From Pirellulales bacterium (GTDB taxonomy: Bacteria > Planctomycetota > Planctomycetia > Pirellulales > PALSA-1355), in assembly GCA_963733035.1 (NCBI GenBank), contig CAVTBU010000007.1, forward strand, positions 224,001 to 288,000: a stretch of 64,000 nt of DNA, given 5' to 3'. Under the pieces are notes generated by a model. It was not told where the DNA came from. It did not search any database and saw only the letters and a list, made by a program, of their open reading frames with translations. Positions 1 to 10,830 of the stretch are shown piece by piece. Both the position numbers and the translations under genes were made by a program. How positions within the stretch are numbered: position 1 is the stretch's first letter; the number at the start of each line of letters is the position of its first letter.

Positions 1-1
1 G

Positions 2-832
2 CTGATCGATGCGTATCGCCGGTTGTTGGAATCCGGCGGCAGGGCGACGTTTGGGGCGGTCGACTTTGCCGCCGATCCGGCGGGCGCGCGACAAACCGTC
101 AACGCCTGGGTCGATGAAGCGACGCATCACAAGATCTCACAACTGCTCGGGCAGTCCGACGTCACCGCCGAGACCAGGCTTGTGCTGGCCAACGCGATTT
201 ACTTCAAGAGCCGGTGGCAGGCGCAGTTCGATCCCATCTCCACGAGCCCCCAGCCTTTCCATCGACCAGGCAAGCCGGACGTCAAAGTGCCGCTGATGTA
301 CGTCCAAGAAGACTTCCGCTACTACGAGACCGACGCGTATCAAGTGCTCGAATTGCCGTATGAAGGGACACCGCATGCGATGGTCGTGTGGCTGCCGAAA
401 CAGGTTGATGGCTTGCCAGCATTCGAACGCGAGTTGATTGCCAGCGACGCGGCCAAGCCTTTTGCGGAACTGCAGCGCGAGACCGTCGAAGTATTTCTGC
501 CGCGGTTCAAAATCGTCAGCCAGTTGGCGCTCGATGAAGTGCTCGAAGACCTCGGCATGCGTCAGGCATTCACCGCCGAGGCCAATTTCTCGGGCATTAG
601 CCGCGAACCATTGATGATTTCGACGGTCGTTCACCAGGCGCTGGTGGAAGTGGACGAAGAAGGGACCGAGGCCGCCGCCGCCACGGGCGCAGTCGCCGCA
701 CCCACCGCCGCGACCCCGGACTTAGAGCCCGTCAAAGTCTTCCGGGCTGATCATCCATTTCTGTTCGCCATCCGCAACACGACAACCGGCCGAGTGTTAT
801 TTCTGGGCCGGTACTTCAATCCCGAGGAATAG
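2..832 (+). CDS. Serpin family protein (5'-truncated by window edge)
   Basis: Serpin motifs NAIYFKSRW, LPRFKI, hinge EEGTEAAAATG and FRADHPFLFAIR; frame is open back to base 2. Confidence 0.95.
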   Translation: MIDAYRRLLESGGRATFGAVDFAADPAGARQTVNAWVDEATHHKISQLLGQSDVTAETRLVLANAIYFKSRWQAQFDPISTSPQPFHRPGKPDVKVPLMYVQEDFRYYETDAYQVLELPYEGTPHAMVVWLPKQVDGLPAFERELIASDAAKPFAELQRETVEVFLPRFKIVSQLALDEVLEDLGMRQAFTAEANFSGISREPLMISTVVHQALVEVDEEGTEAAAATGAVAAPTAATPDLEPVKVFRADHPFLFAIRNTTTGRVLFLGRYFNPEE

Positions 833-2353
833 GTGCGCTTGCAGGAATTCGATGTTGTCGTAGTCGGTGGAGGAGGCAGCGGGCTGGCAGCTGCTGTTAG
901 CGCAGCCGAAGAAGGCTTGCGAGTGCTGCTGTTGGAGAAGCGCCCGCAACCGGGCGGCACGACGGGCATTGCCGTCGGGTCGTTCACCGCCAGCGATACA
1001 CGGTTGCAAAGGCGCCAAAATCTCAATGACAGCCCGCAGGAGCACGATGTTGACGCCGGCAAGTTTGCTTCACCCGAAATCGAAGCTCGCAACAACATCG
1101 CGCTGCGGCGGTTCTTTCTCGCGCACTCGGCCGACACGCTGCACTGGCTGATGGACCTGGGACTGGTGTTTCATGGGCCGTCGCCCGAGCCGCCCAATCG
1201 CCGTGCGCGGATGCACAATGTCGTGCCAAACGCCAAGGCCTACATCGCCGTCTTGCAGGCCCGGCTCATGCGGCTCGGCGGTCAAATCTGGTGCGATTCC
1301 GCCGTTGAGCAGATTCTAACCGAAGACGATCGCGTCACGGGCGTTGCTGTCCGGCGTGGCGCGATGAACGAACTGATTGCCGCAAAAAGAGGCGTTGTGC
1401 TGGCCACCGGCGACTACGCCAATAGTGCCGAGATCGTTACCCGTTACAAAGGAGCGCAGTACAAAACTGTCGAGGGCATCAACCCGCATGCCACGGGCGA
1501 CGGGCACCTGCTGGCCGAACGACTCGGCGCGCAGCTCGTGAACATGGATGTGACCTATGGACCGGAACTGCGTTTCGTGCCGCCGCCGCGCGAGCCGTTC
1601 GCGCAATTGCTACCTGCTTCCGGGCCGCTAGCTCGGCTGATGGGGCTGGCACTGCCTTGGTTGCCCAAGTCGCTTTTGGCAGGCATGGTCAAGCGGCTGT
1701 TGGTTACCTGGCAACATCCAGAGAACGCACTACTGGACGAGGGTGCAATCCTGGTGAACCGGCACGCGGAGCGATTCTGTTGCGAGACGACCTGGCCCGA
1801 GCGCGAAATCGCCGTGTCGCGACAACCCGACAAGGTTGCCTTCCTGTTGCTCGACGAGCGGCTAACCGAGCGTTACAGCCGCTGGCCGCATTTCATTTCC
1901 ACGGCACCTGAAATCGCTTACGCGTATGTCGACGACTACTTGCGGTTGCGGCCCGACGTGGCGGTTGCTTGTCCGAGCATCGTTGGGATTGCCAACGCAC
2001 GACAGCTTCCGGCCGATGCGCTTCAAGAGACGGTCGACGAGTGCAATCGTGTCGCGCGGGGAACGGCCATCGACCGATTCGGCCGCAAAGACCTGCGGCC
2101 GTTCGACGGTAATCGTTGGGTGCTACTCGGACCAGTCAAAGCCTATTTCACCACCACCGAAGGGGGCGCGTCGATCGATCAGCAGTTTCAGGTGCTCGAT
2201 AGCGCCGGTCAGCCCATTCCCGGTCTGTACGCCGTCGGACAGGTCGGCCTCGGTGGTCAAATCCTCTGGGGACACGGTCTGCACATCGCCTGGGCAATGA
2301 CTAGCGGTCGGCTGGTCGGAAAGGTGCTGGCAGCGGCGCTGGATGTCGGCTGA
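833..2353 (+). CDS. FAD-dependent oxidoreductase (FAD_binding_2; flavocytochrome c/fumarate reductase-like flavoprotein)
   Basis: N-terminal VVVVGGGGSGLAAA, GVVLATGDY, TGDG and C-terminal PIPGLYAVG; GTG start directly follows the serpin stop. Confidence 0.85.
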   Translation: MRLQEFDVVVVGGGGSGLAAAVSAAEEGLRVLLLEKRPQPGGTTGIAVGSFTASDTRLQRRQNLNDSPQEHDVDAGKFASPEIEARNNIALRRFFLAHSADTLHWLMDLGLVFHGPSPEPPNRRARMHNVVPNAKAYIAVLQARLMRLGGQIWCDSAVEQILTEDDRVTGVAVRRGAMNELIAAKRGVVLATGDYANSAEIVTRYKGAQYKTVEGINPHATGDGHLLAERLGAQLVNMDVTYGPELRFVPPPREPFAQLLPASGPLARLMGLALPWLPKSLLAGMVKRLLVTWQHPENALLDEGAILVNRHAERFCCETTWPEREIAVSRQPDKVAFLLLDERLTERYSRWPHFISTAPEIAYAYVDDYLRLRPDVAVACPSIVGIANARQLPADALQETVDECNRVARGTAIDRFGRKDLRPFDGNRWVLLGPVKAYFTTTEGGASIDQQFQVLDSAGQPIPGLYAVGQVGLGGQILWGHGLHIAWAMTSGRLVGKVLAAALDVG

Positions 2354-2522
2354 CCGTCGCGCGGGTCGCGGCCGGCAAACCTGGGTGGCCGTTGCGTCCA
2401 AATTCGCTTCTCAACGTATTTGATGTCGAGCATATGGCCGCGAACCGGCCCTTGCCCAATGGGGTCTATCCGGGGAAAATGGCCCGTTTCACTCACCCCG
2501 GCTCTTCGGACTCTTTCGTGCC

Positions 2523-3737
2523 ATGCCTAGTTGTGTCTTAGCGTACTCGGGCGGATTGGATACTTCGGTCATCTTGGGGTGGTTGCAGGACGAAGGCTAT
2601 GATGTCCACGCCGTGTATGTCGACCTAGGGCAACCGTGCGAAGACCGCGAAGCCATTCTCAACAAAGCTCGCACATGCGGTGCCAAAAGCGCTCGCATCG
2701 TCGACGCCCGCGAAGCGTTGTGCCGCGACTTTGCCTTTCCGGTCTTGCAGTGGCAAGCCAAATACGAGGGCATTTATCTGCTGGGAACCTCGATTGCCCG
2801 GCCGCTAATCTCGAAGGTCTGCCTGCAAGTCGCCCGCGAAGTGGGGGCCGACGCCTACGCACACGGCGCCACGGGCAAGGGGAACGATCAGTGCCGCTTT
2901 CAATTGGCGGCCGAAGCACTCGACCCGGCCGTCAAAGTGATCGCTCCCTGGCGGATCGAGAAGTTTCGCAAGTTGTTTCCCGGGCGGAGCGAGATGATTG
3001 CGTTTTGCGACCAGAAGAAGATTCCAGTTAAAGCCTCGCTGGCCAAGCCCTACAGTTCCGATGAAAACTGCCTGCACATCAGCTACGAGGCCGGCAAGCT
3101 CGAAGACCTCGCCGTCAACGGCGTAGAGCTGGTTGACTTCGGCATGACCGTCTCTCCGCAAGAAGCGCCCGAGGCAGGCGAAACCGTCACGATTGGCTTC
3201 GAAAAGGGTGTGCCAACGACAATCGACGGCAAGAAGCTCTCGGCCTTGGAAGTGGTGACCGAACTGAACAAGATCGGCGGCCGCAATGGCGTCGGCCGGA
3301 TCGACATCGTCGAGAACCGCTTCGTCGGTATGAAGAGCCGCGGCGTGTACGAAGCCCCCGGGATGACCGTGCTCTACTTTGCCCAGATGATGATCGAGCA
3401 GTTGACGCTCGACCGCGATCTGACGCACCTCCGCGACCGGCTCGCTCCCGAGGTGGCTGAGATGGTCTACTACGGTTTCTGGTACTCGGCCAAGATGGAC
3501 GCCCTACTGGCCTTCATTCGCGAGGCCCAAAAAAACGTTACCGGGGAAGTGAAGCTCAAGCTCTACAAGGGCAACCTGATCGTCGACAGCCGCCAAAGCC
3601 CCAACAGCCTGTACGACGAAGGGATTGCCAGCATGGAAGGGGGCGGCAGCTACAACCAAACCGACGCCGAAGGCTTCCTCCGCATTCAATCCCTCCCTGG
3701 CCGCGTGCAGGGACGTGTCACGCCGCGTAAATACTAG
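2523..3737 (+). CDS. argG: Argininosuccinate synthase
   Basis: LAYSGGLDTS, HGATGKGNDQ, ENRFVGMKSRGVYEAPG. Confidence 0.98.
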   Translation: MPSCVLAYSGGLDTSVILGWLQDEGYDVHAVYVDLGQPCEDREAILNKARTCGAKSARIVDAREALCRDFAFPVLQWQAKYEGIYLLGTSIARPLISKVCLQVAREVGADAYAHGATGKGNDQCRFQLAAEALDPAVKVIAPWRIEKFRKLFPGRSEMIAFCDQKKIPVKASLAKPYSSDENCLHISYEAGKLEDLAVNGVELVDFGMTVSPQEAPEAGETVTIGFEKGVPTTIDGKKLSALEVVTELNKIGGRNGVGRIDIVENRFVGMKSRGVYEAPGMTVLYFAQMMIEQLTLDRDLTHLRDRLAPEVAEMVYYGFWYSAKMDALLAFIREAQKNVTGEVKLKLYKGNLIVDSRQSPNSLYDEGIASMEGGGSYNQTDAEGFLRIQSLPGRVQGRVTPRKY

Positions 3738-3813
3738 AGGTTCGCTCACGGTACGGTAGAATCGAGTAGAGCGGGCGATTCGGCGATTTGAGCGGGAAAG
3801 CAGGTAGGACCCG

Positions 3814-5097
3814 ATGAACGTGCTGATTATTGGCAACGGCGGCCGTGAGCATGCCTTGGCATGGAAGATCAAGCAAAGCCCGCGCGCGGAGAGGGTCTTC
3901 GTTGCCCCCGGCAATGCCGGCACCGCCATCGACGCCGAGAACGTCGACATCTCCGCCAGCGATTTTCCCCGCTTGATCAAGTTCGCCCAACAGAACAAAG
4001 TCGAGCTGACCGTTGTCGGTCCGGAGCTGCCACTCACCAAAGGCATCGTCGACGCCTTCAGCGATGCCAGACTACGGATCTTTGGTCCCCGCAAGAACGC
4101 CGCTGAGCTCGAAGGGAGCAAGGTCTTTTGCAAGAACCTGCTCCGCCACGCCGACGTGCCCACGGCCGACTATCGCGTCTTCCGCAACGCCGACCACGCC
4201 ACAACCTTCCTCAAAGACCGGGAAGATGTGCCGGTTGTGGTGAAGGCCGATGGACTGGCCGCAGGCAAGGGTGTCTTCGTCTGCGCCACCCGTACCGAGG
4301 CCATCGAAGCGGTGAAACGCATCGGCCGCAACAAGGAATTTGGCGAAGCCGGCAATCAAATCGTGATCGAGGAACGGCTCGACGGCGAGGAAGCCAGCGT
4401 GCTGGCGATTACCGATGGGCGGACGATTGTCACCTTGCCGGCTGCCCAGGACCACAAGCGCGCCTATGACGGCGACACCGGCCCGAACACCGGCGGCATG
4501 GGCGCCTACAGCCCGGCCCCGCTAATCGACGAGGAGAAACTGCACCTGATCGAAGAGCAGGTGCTGGTGCCAACGGTGCACGCGATGAAGCGCGGCCGGC
4601 GTCCGTTCCGTGGCGTGCTGTATGCCGGGCTGATGATGACCAACCAAGGTCCCAAGGTGCTCGAATACAACGTGCGGTTTGGCGATCCGGAGTGCCAGCC
4701 GATTCTAATGCGGCTGCAAAGCGATCTGCTCGACGTGATTGAAGCAACCGTCGATGGCCGCCTCGACGAAATCGAGCCCATGCGCTGGGACCCGCGACCG
4801 GCAGTGTGCGTGGTGATGGCCAGTGAAGGGTATCCGGGCGCCTATGAACGAGAGTTCCCCATCCGTGGCCTGGATGAAGCAGCCAAGATTTCCGACGTCA
4901 AAGTCTTTCACGCCGGCACGGCCACTGTCGACGGCCAGGTGGTTACCAATGGCGGCCGCGTGCTGGGCGTGACGGCGCTAGGCAGCTCCATTCCGGCCGC
5001 CAAGCTGCAGGCCTATACCGCCGTCAAATGCATCCGTTGGAACGGGGCCTGGTGCCGCAAGGATATCTCCGACAAGGCACTGTCGTCGGTACGCTAG
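3814..5097 (+). CDS. purD: Phosphoribosylamine--glycine ligase
   Basis: IGNGGREHAL, KADGLAAGKGV, GPNTGGMGAY, EYNVRFGDPE. Confidence 0.98.
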   Translation: MNVLIIGNGGREHALAWKIKQSPRAERVFVAPGNAGTAIDAENVDISASDFPRLIKFAQQNKVELTVVGPELPLTKGIVDAFSDARLRIFGPRKNAAELEGSKVFCKNLLRHADVPTADYRVFRNADHATTFLKDREDVPVVVKADGLAAGKGVFVCATRTEAIEAVKRIGRNKEFGEAGNQIVIEERLDGEEASVLAITDGRTIVTLPAAQDHKRAYDGDTGPNTGGMGAYSPAPLIDEEKLHLIEEQVLVPTVHAMKRGRRPFRGVLYAGLMMTNQGPKVLEYNVRFGDPECQPILMRLQSDLLDVIEATVDGRLDEIEPMRWDPRPAVCVVMASEGYPGAYEREFPIRGLDEAAKISDVKVFHAGTATVDGQVVTNGGRVLGVTALGSSIPAAKLQAYTAVKCIRWNGAWCRKDISDKALSSVR

Positions 5098-5248
5098 CGG
5101 CCGCTTGCTTCGAGCCTGAACGGCCGATTGGGGCGGGCAGTCTGCCAAGCTGGGGGCCTGTCACCTTGCTCCTCGTTTTTGCCGCCCCACGAATAGCTTT
5201 TCGTGATGTTTACACCCGAGTATCACCCTCGAATCGCCCTCTGGCAGG

Positions 5249-5291
5249 TTTTCGCATATTGGGTTGTCAAAATTACGTTAAACGCTAGAAT
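5249..5291 (+). promoter_or_regulatory. Putative sigma70 promoter of the suf operon overlapped by a candidate operator
   Basis: TTGTCA (5264-5269), 16 bp, TAGAAT (5286-5291); imperfect dyad TTTTcgCA-N8-TGtcAAAA at 5249-5272. Confidence 0.45.
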
Positions 5292-5320
5292 TAGGGTGTT
5301 AGCACTTAGGAATTCAGGTC

Positions 5321-5974
5321 ATGAACCAGGTAGCCGAAAGCTCGGATGTTGGCATTCTCGATCTGCTTCGCAGGTCGGGTCCGCTCGGCGTCTCGGCCCT
5401 TACCGAGGCCACCGGCGTCACGCCAACGGCTGTACGCCAGCGGTTGGTGCGGCTGATGGCCGAGGGGCTGCTGGACCGCGAGGTGAGCCGAACCGGCCGC
5501 GGACGTCCGAGCCACCGCTATACCCTGACCGAGAAGGGCCGGCGACGCGTGGGAGCGAATTTTGCCGATCTGGCGATGGCCCTGTGGAGCGAAGTTCGGG
5601 CGATCGAAAACCCGGAAATTCGTCGGGGCCTGCTGGAGCGAATCGCTAAAACCATGGCCAAACTATACGGATCGAAAGTGGCTGGCGCGACAACCTCCGA
5701 GCGAATGCAGTCGGTTTCGCGGATTTTTGCCGAGCGAAACGTGCCATTCGACGTCGACGAATCGGGGACGCTTCCCGTGCTAACGGCACAGGCCTGTCCG
5801 TATCCGGGACTAGCCGAGCAGGATCGGGGGATATGTGCTTTGGAGCGGATGATGTTTTCCGAGTTGGTTGGCGATGCGCTGCGGCTTTCCGATTGCCGGT
5901 TGGACGGCGACGATTGTTGCCGCTTTGAGCCCAAAGGTGGTCCTTTAAAACAAGCTGCCGCGACGGTAAAGTGA
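5321..5974 (+). CDS. SufR-like winged-HTH transcriptional regulator
   Basis: HTH with AVRQRL and GRGRPSHRYTLT; C-terminal Cys motifs CPY, ICALE, DCRLDGDDCC; first gene of the suf cluster. Confidence 0.85.
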   Translation: MNQVAESSDVGILDLLRRSGPLGVSALTEATGVTPTAVRQRLVRLMAEGLLDREVSRTGRGRPSHRYTLTEKGRRRVGANFADLAMALWSEVRAIENPEIRRGLLERIAKTMAKLYGSKVAGATTSERMQSVSRIFAERNVPFDVDESGTLPVLTAQACPYPGLAEQDRGICALERMMFSELVGDALRLSDCRLDGDDCCRFEPKGGPLKQAAATVK

Positions 5975-6022
5975 AGGGTTTCATGACGTTCCGAGCCCCT
6001 TCTTAGTCGAGAAAAACAAGCC

Positions 6023-6616
6023 ATGACACAACCTTGGATCGAAGGCCGGTTTGAAGAGGGCCTGATTCTCACCACGGTCGAGCAAGGCATGAACTGGGCC
6101 CGCCAGGCAAGCATCTGGCCGATGACCTTCGGCTTGGCGTGCTGCGCCATCGAGATGATGGCCACCGGCGCCAGCCGCTACGACATCGACCGCTTTGGCG
6201 CCGGAGCGTTTCGCGCCAGCCCGCGGCAGGCCGACCTGATGATCGTGGCCGGTACGGTCACCTACAAAATGGCCAGCCGCGTTCGCCGCCTTTACAACCA
6301 GATGCCCAACCCGAAGTTCGTGGTGGCCATGGGCGCCTGCACGGTCGGTGGCGGCCCCTACTTCAAATACGGTTATCACGTCGTCAAGGGAGTGGATCTG
6401 GTCGTTCCGGTTGACGTCTACGTGCCCGGCTGCCCGCCGCGTCCCGAGGCCTTGCTCGAAGGCTTGATGCGAATCCAAGACAAAATCATGGGGCACAAGA
6501 TCGGCCGCCGTGGCGATGCCAAAATCGACGACGAATTGCCGATTCCGCATCACTCCGGCTACGTCAGTGCCCCCGAGGACGAACCGCTATTCGATCACCA
6601 GAAGATTACAGGGTAA
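6023..6616 (+). CDS. nuoB: NADH-quinone oxidoreductase subunit B (stand-alone copy)
   Basis: [43 protein letters not shown]. Confidence 0.95.
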   Translation: MTQPWIEGRFEEGLILTTVEQGMNWARQASIWPMTFGLACCAIEMMATGASRYDIDRFGAGAFRASPRQADLMIVAGTVTYKMASRVRRLYNQMPNPKFVVAMGACTVGGGPYFKYGYHVVKGVDLVVPVDVYVPGCPPRPEALLEGLMRIQDKIMGHKIGRRGDAKIDDELPIPHHSGYVSAPEDEPLFDHQKITG

Positions 6617-6691
6617 GCGAGAAGGACGAAGGCGGAAGGATCTACAACGAGAGATCCTTCGGTCCAGCAGAAATGGGAAACCAACACCGCA

Positions 6692-7516
6692 ATGGCTGAT
6701 ACGCTGAAAATCACGGATTTGCACGTTTCGACGTCCGAGGGCAAGGAGATCTTGCGCGGCGTCAACCTCGAGATCAAACGGGGCGAAGTGCATGCCCTGA
6801 TGGGGCCCAACGGTTCCGGCAAGAGCACGCTGGGTTATGCCATCATGGGGCACCCCGGTTACGAAGTGACCCAGGGGAGCATTATGCTCAATGGCGAGGA
6901 CGTGTTGGCCATGGAGCCCAACCAGCGGGCGCGGGCTGGCATCTTTCTGGCCTTCCAGCGGCCGATGGCCATTCCTGGCGTGAAGATGGCCGACTTCCTG
7001 CGCCACGCGGCCACGAACGTTCGCCGCCCGGAGCGGAAGGAAGGCGAAGAGTTGATTCCCATGCGTGAGTTTCGCAAGGAGCTGAATCAGAAGATGGAAC
7101 AGCTTCGCATGGACAAGGAGTTCGCCCGCCGCTACGTGAACGATGGTTTCTCGGGGGGTGAGATGAAGCGGGCCGAGATTCTGCAATTGGCCATGCTGCG
7201 TCCCAAGTTTGCAATCCTCGACGAAACCGACTCGGGCCTCGACGTCGACGCGGTGCGATTGGCCAGCCAGAGCATTGCCGACATCGGCGGCAAGGACATG
7301 GGCATCCTGATTATCACGCACCACGAACACCTGCTCGAACACAACCGGCCCGACTTCACGCACGTTATTCTCGGTGGGCGAATCGTCGAGACTGGCGGGC
7401 CGGAGTTGGCATTGGAACTGCATAAGCAGGGGTACGACCGCATTCGCGCGGCCTATCCCGAAGCGGCCGCCGTCGACGCGGCCATGAAAGAAGACGAAAC
7501 GGCCGCGGTCCACTGA
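6692..7516 (+). CDS. sufC: Fe-S cluster assembly ATPase SufC
   Basis: MGPNGSGKST, GIFLAFQ, FSGGEMKRAEILQ, LDETDSGLDVDA. Confidence 0.97.
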   Translation: MADTLKITDLHVSTSEGKEILRGVNLEIKRGEVHALMGPNGSGKSTLGYAIMGHPGYEVTQGSIMLNGEDVLAMEPNQRARAGIFLAFQRPMAIPGVKMADFLRHAATNVRRPERKEGEELIPMREFRKELNQKMEQLRMDKEFARRYVNDGFSGGEMKRAEILQLAMLRPKFAILDETDSGLDVDAVRLASQSIADIGGKDMGILIITHHEHLLEHNRPDFTHVILGGRIVETGGPELALELHKQGYDRIRAAYPEAAAVDAAMKEDETAAVH

Positions 7517-7599
7517 CGTCGGATGGTCGAACGGGCAGGAATACCTGCCGGGCAGTGGCTTTTTGAATGCGATCACCTTCAACGAAAGCGTTTTGAAAA

Positions 7600-9005
7600 A
7601 TGGCAACCGACGTAGCTTCCAAACCGAATATCGGCGAAATCAACAAGTACGATTTCCACACCGATTCGAAGTACGTCTTCAAGGCGCGCAAAGGAATCGA
7701 CGCGGACATTGTGCGTCAGATTTCCGAGATGAAGAACGAGCCGGCCTGGATGCGCGACTTCCGGCTCAAGAGCCTGGAGATCTTCAATAGCAAGCCGATG
7801 CCGCGGTGGGGCGGTAGTATCGACATCGACTTCCAGGACATCTACTACTACCTCAAGCCCGCCGACCGGCAGGGCAAGACCTGGGACGAAGTGCCGGAGG
7901 AAATCAAAAAGACCTTCGACCGACTAGGCATTCCTGAAGCCGAGAAGAAGTTCCTGGCCGGCGTGAAGGCCCAATTCGAGAGCGAAGTCATCTACGGTTC
8001 GCTCAAAGACGATTTGGGTCGCCAGGGCGTCATCTTTACGGACACCGACACGGCCGTCCGCGAATATCCGGATCTGGTGCGCGAGTATTTCTCCACAATC
8101 ATCCCCCCGGCCGACAATAAGTTCGCCGCGCTCAACTCGGCGGTCTGGTCAGGCGGCTCGTTCATTTACGTGCCAAAGGGGGTGAAGATCGAGTTCCCGC
8201 TGCAGGCTTACTTCCGCATTAATGCCGAGAACATGGGGCAGTTCGAGCGGACGCTGATCATCGTCGACGAGGGAGCCGAAGTGCACTACGTCGAAGGTTG
8301 CACGGCCCCCATGTACAGCACCGAGAGTCTGCATTCGGCGGTAGTTGAAATCATCGTCAAGAAACACGCCCGTTGCCGTTACACGACGATCCAGAACTGG
8401 GCCAACAACATCTACAACCTGGTGACCAAGCGGGCCGTGGCTTACGAAGTGCGCTGATGGAATGGATCGACGGCAACCTGGGCAGCCGACTAACGATGAA
8501 GTATCCGGCCGTGTACATGATGGAGCCGGGCGCTCGTGGAGAAATCCTCTCGATCGCCTTCTCCTCGGCTGGCCAACATCAAGACGCCGGGGCAAAAGTG
8601 GTGCACTGTGCTCCGCATACATCGAGCCGTATCATCTCCAAGTCAATCTCCAAGAACGGCGGCCGCTCCAGCTACCGCGGTCTGGTGAAGGTCGAAAACG
8701 GTGCCCACAAGTCAAAATCGAGTGTCGTGTGCGACGCGCTGATCCTCGATCCGCAGAGCCGTAGCGATACGTATCCGTATCTGGAAATCGACGAGCAGGA
8801 CGTGACCATCGGGCACGAGGCCAGCGTCTCGCGGATCGGCGAAGAACAGCTGTTCTACCTGACCAGTCGCGGACTGTCGGAAGCCGAGGCCAGCACGATG
8901 ATCGTCAACGGGTTTATCGAGCCGCTGATCAAAGAGCTGCCGATGGAATATGCCGTCGAGATGAACCGACTGATCGAACTGCAAATGGAAGGTTCGGTCG
9001 GCTAA
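7600..9005 (+). CDS. sufB: Fe-S cluster assembly protein SufB (apparent frameshift at ~8450)
   Basis: ORFs 7600-8457 and 8373-9005 join into full SufB ([41 protein letters not shown]). Confidence 0.95.
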
Positions 9006-9060
9006 CGTCGTCGCGGCCGGCCCCACCTGCCCGCATCGTCCAAGCGTCCCTTTAAGAAAG

Positions 9061-9081
9061 CCGGGGGAATGGCTCCCCCGG
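9061..9081. repeat. GC-rich inverted repeat between sufB and sufD
   Basis: CCGGGGGA-atggc-TCCCCCGG, perfect 8-bp stem. Confidence 0.6.
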
Positions 9082-9097
9082 GACTAAATCGCACTCC

Positions 9098-10406
9098 ATG
9101 AGCGTCACCACCCAAGCCGGCTTCACCAACGACTCGTTCGATCGGTTTCTCGCGCAGCCGCGATGAGCCCACCTGGCTGCGCGACCTGCGCGTCAAGGCC
9201 TGGCGGCAATTCAACGAACTGCCCATGCCCAGCCAGCGCGACGAGGAGTGGATGCGAACCGACATCCGCCTGCTTCGGCTCGACAAGTTCAGCTTGCCGA
9301 CCGACCCCGCCCCAACGGTCGATGTGCCGGACGCGTTGCTTTCACACGGCGTCGATCTCGGCGGGCGCACGGTTGCCATCGATAGCCATTCGCACACGTC
9401 CGCGTTAAAGGAGAAATGGGTCGATCGCGGCGTGCTGTTCGGCAGCCTCGATGATTTGGTCCAGCAGCACGGCGATCGCGTCCGCAAGCATCTATATCGG
9501 GCCTTTGACCCCGGCTACGACAAGTTCGCGGCTCTGCACGCGGCCACTTGGAGTGGCGGCACGCTGCTCTATGTGCCCCGCGGCGTCACAATCGATGAGC
9601 CACTGCACATGCTGTCGGCCATCTCACCGGGTGGCACTGATTTGGGACATGCGCTCGTGATCCTTGAAGACGGCTCCGAGGCGACACTGTTGGCGGAAAC
9701 CGCCAGCATCGCGGAAGGCAGTCCCGGCCTGCATGATGGAGCGGTCGAGTTGCTCGTCGGTGCCGGGGCCCGGCTTCGCTACGTCAACTTTCAAAACTGG
9801 TCGAACGGCGTGTGGCATTTCGCGCATCAGAAGGCCCGCGTTGACGCCGATGCATCGCTGCAATGGACCATCGCCGCCTTGGGAGCTCGACTTGCCAAGG
9901 TCAATCAGCATGTGGCCCTTTCTGGTCCCGGTGCCACCGCGCAAGTCAACGGCGTAATGTTCACTGAAGGCAAGCAGCATCTGGCCTACAACACCCTCCA
10001 ACATCACGAGGCGCCGTCCTGCCGGAGCGATTTACTCTACAAGGCCGCGCTGCAAGACGATTCACGAACCGTATGGCGGGGAATGATTCGGGTCGATGCC
10101 GGGGCCCAGAAGACCGACGGCTACCAGCGTAACGATAACCTGATGCTTTCGGAGCACGCGCGTAGTGACTCGATCCCGGGGCTGGAGATTCTAGCCGACG
10201 ACGTGCGCTGCACGCACGGCTCGACCACGGGCCGGGTGGACGAAGAGCAATTGTTCTATGCCCGCTGCCGCGGCCTGACGCGCAAAGAGGCCGTCCGCAT
10301 GGTCGTAACCGGTTTCTTTCAACAGGTGTTCGACCGTATCACGATCGAAAGTGTTCGCGAAGCCCTCGGCCAGGCGATCGGCCGCCGCATTCGCGAATAT
10401 GAGTAA
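9098..10406 (+). CDS. sufD: Fe-S cluster assembly protein SufD (apparent frameshift at ~9155)
   Basis: ATG 9098 MSVTTQAGF... shifts into ...RDEPTWLRDLR...EEWMRTD; QKTDGYQRN, PGLEILADDVRCTHG. Confidence 0.92.
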
Positions 10407-10499
10407 TCGGCATCTTCGATGCTTTGGCCTAAAGACATGACTGACGGAACGTTTTCGCCGCCGTCCACCCCAACTAACCCATCCTGATCAATATCTTCC

Positions 10500-10814
10500 A
10501 TGTCCGATTTCGTTCCGGTTGCCAAGGTTTCCGAAGTCCCCGATCCGGGTAAAATTCTGGTCGAGGTCGACGAGCGGTTCGTCGTGCTGGTGCATGCTGG
10601 CGGTCAGTTCTATGCCATCGACGACGTTTGCACGCACGACGGCGGCCCATTGGGCGAGGGACAACTCGACGGCTTCACTATCGCTTGTCCGCGGCACGGA
10701 GCGAAGTTCGATGTCCGCGACGGCCGAGCCCTGACGATGCCAGCGACCAAGGCAACTGGATCGTACGAAGTGAAAATCGTCGGCGACGATGTGTTGATCA
10801 AAATTAGCGACTGA
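10500..10814 (+). CDS. Rieske-type [2Fe-2S] ferredoxin
   Basis: CTH and CPRHGAKFD Rieske boxes. Confidence 0.93.
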   Translation: MSDFVPVAKVSEVPDPGKILVEVDERFVVLVHAGGQFYAIDDVCTHDGGPLGEGQLDGFTIACPRHGAKFDVRDGRALTMPATKATGSYEVKIVGDDVLIKISD

Positions 10815-10830
10815 GCGGGAGACAGCAACC

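Noticed and set aside
7600..10406. sufB and sufD (also mnmG) as pseudogenes or programmed frameshifts
   Set aside because: Both halves are intact, there are no slippery sequences, and breaks coincide with GCGC; sequence error is more parsimonious
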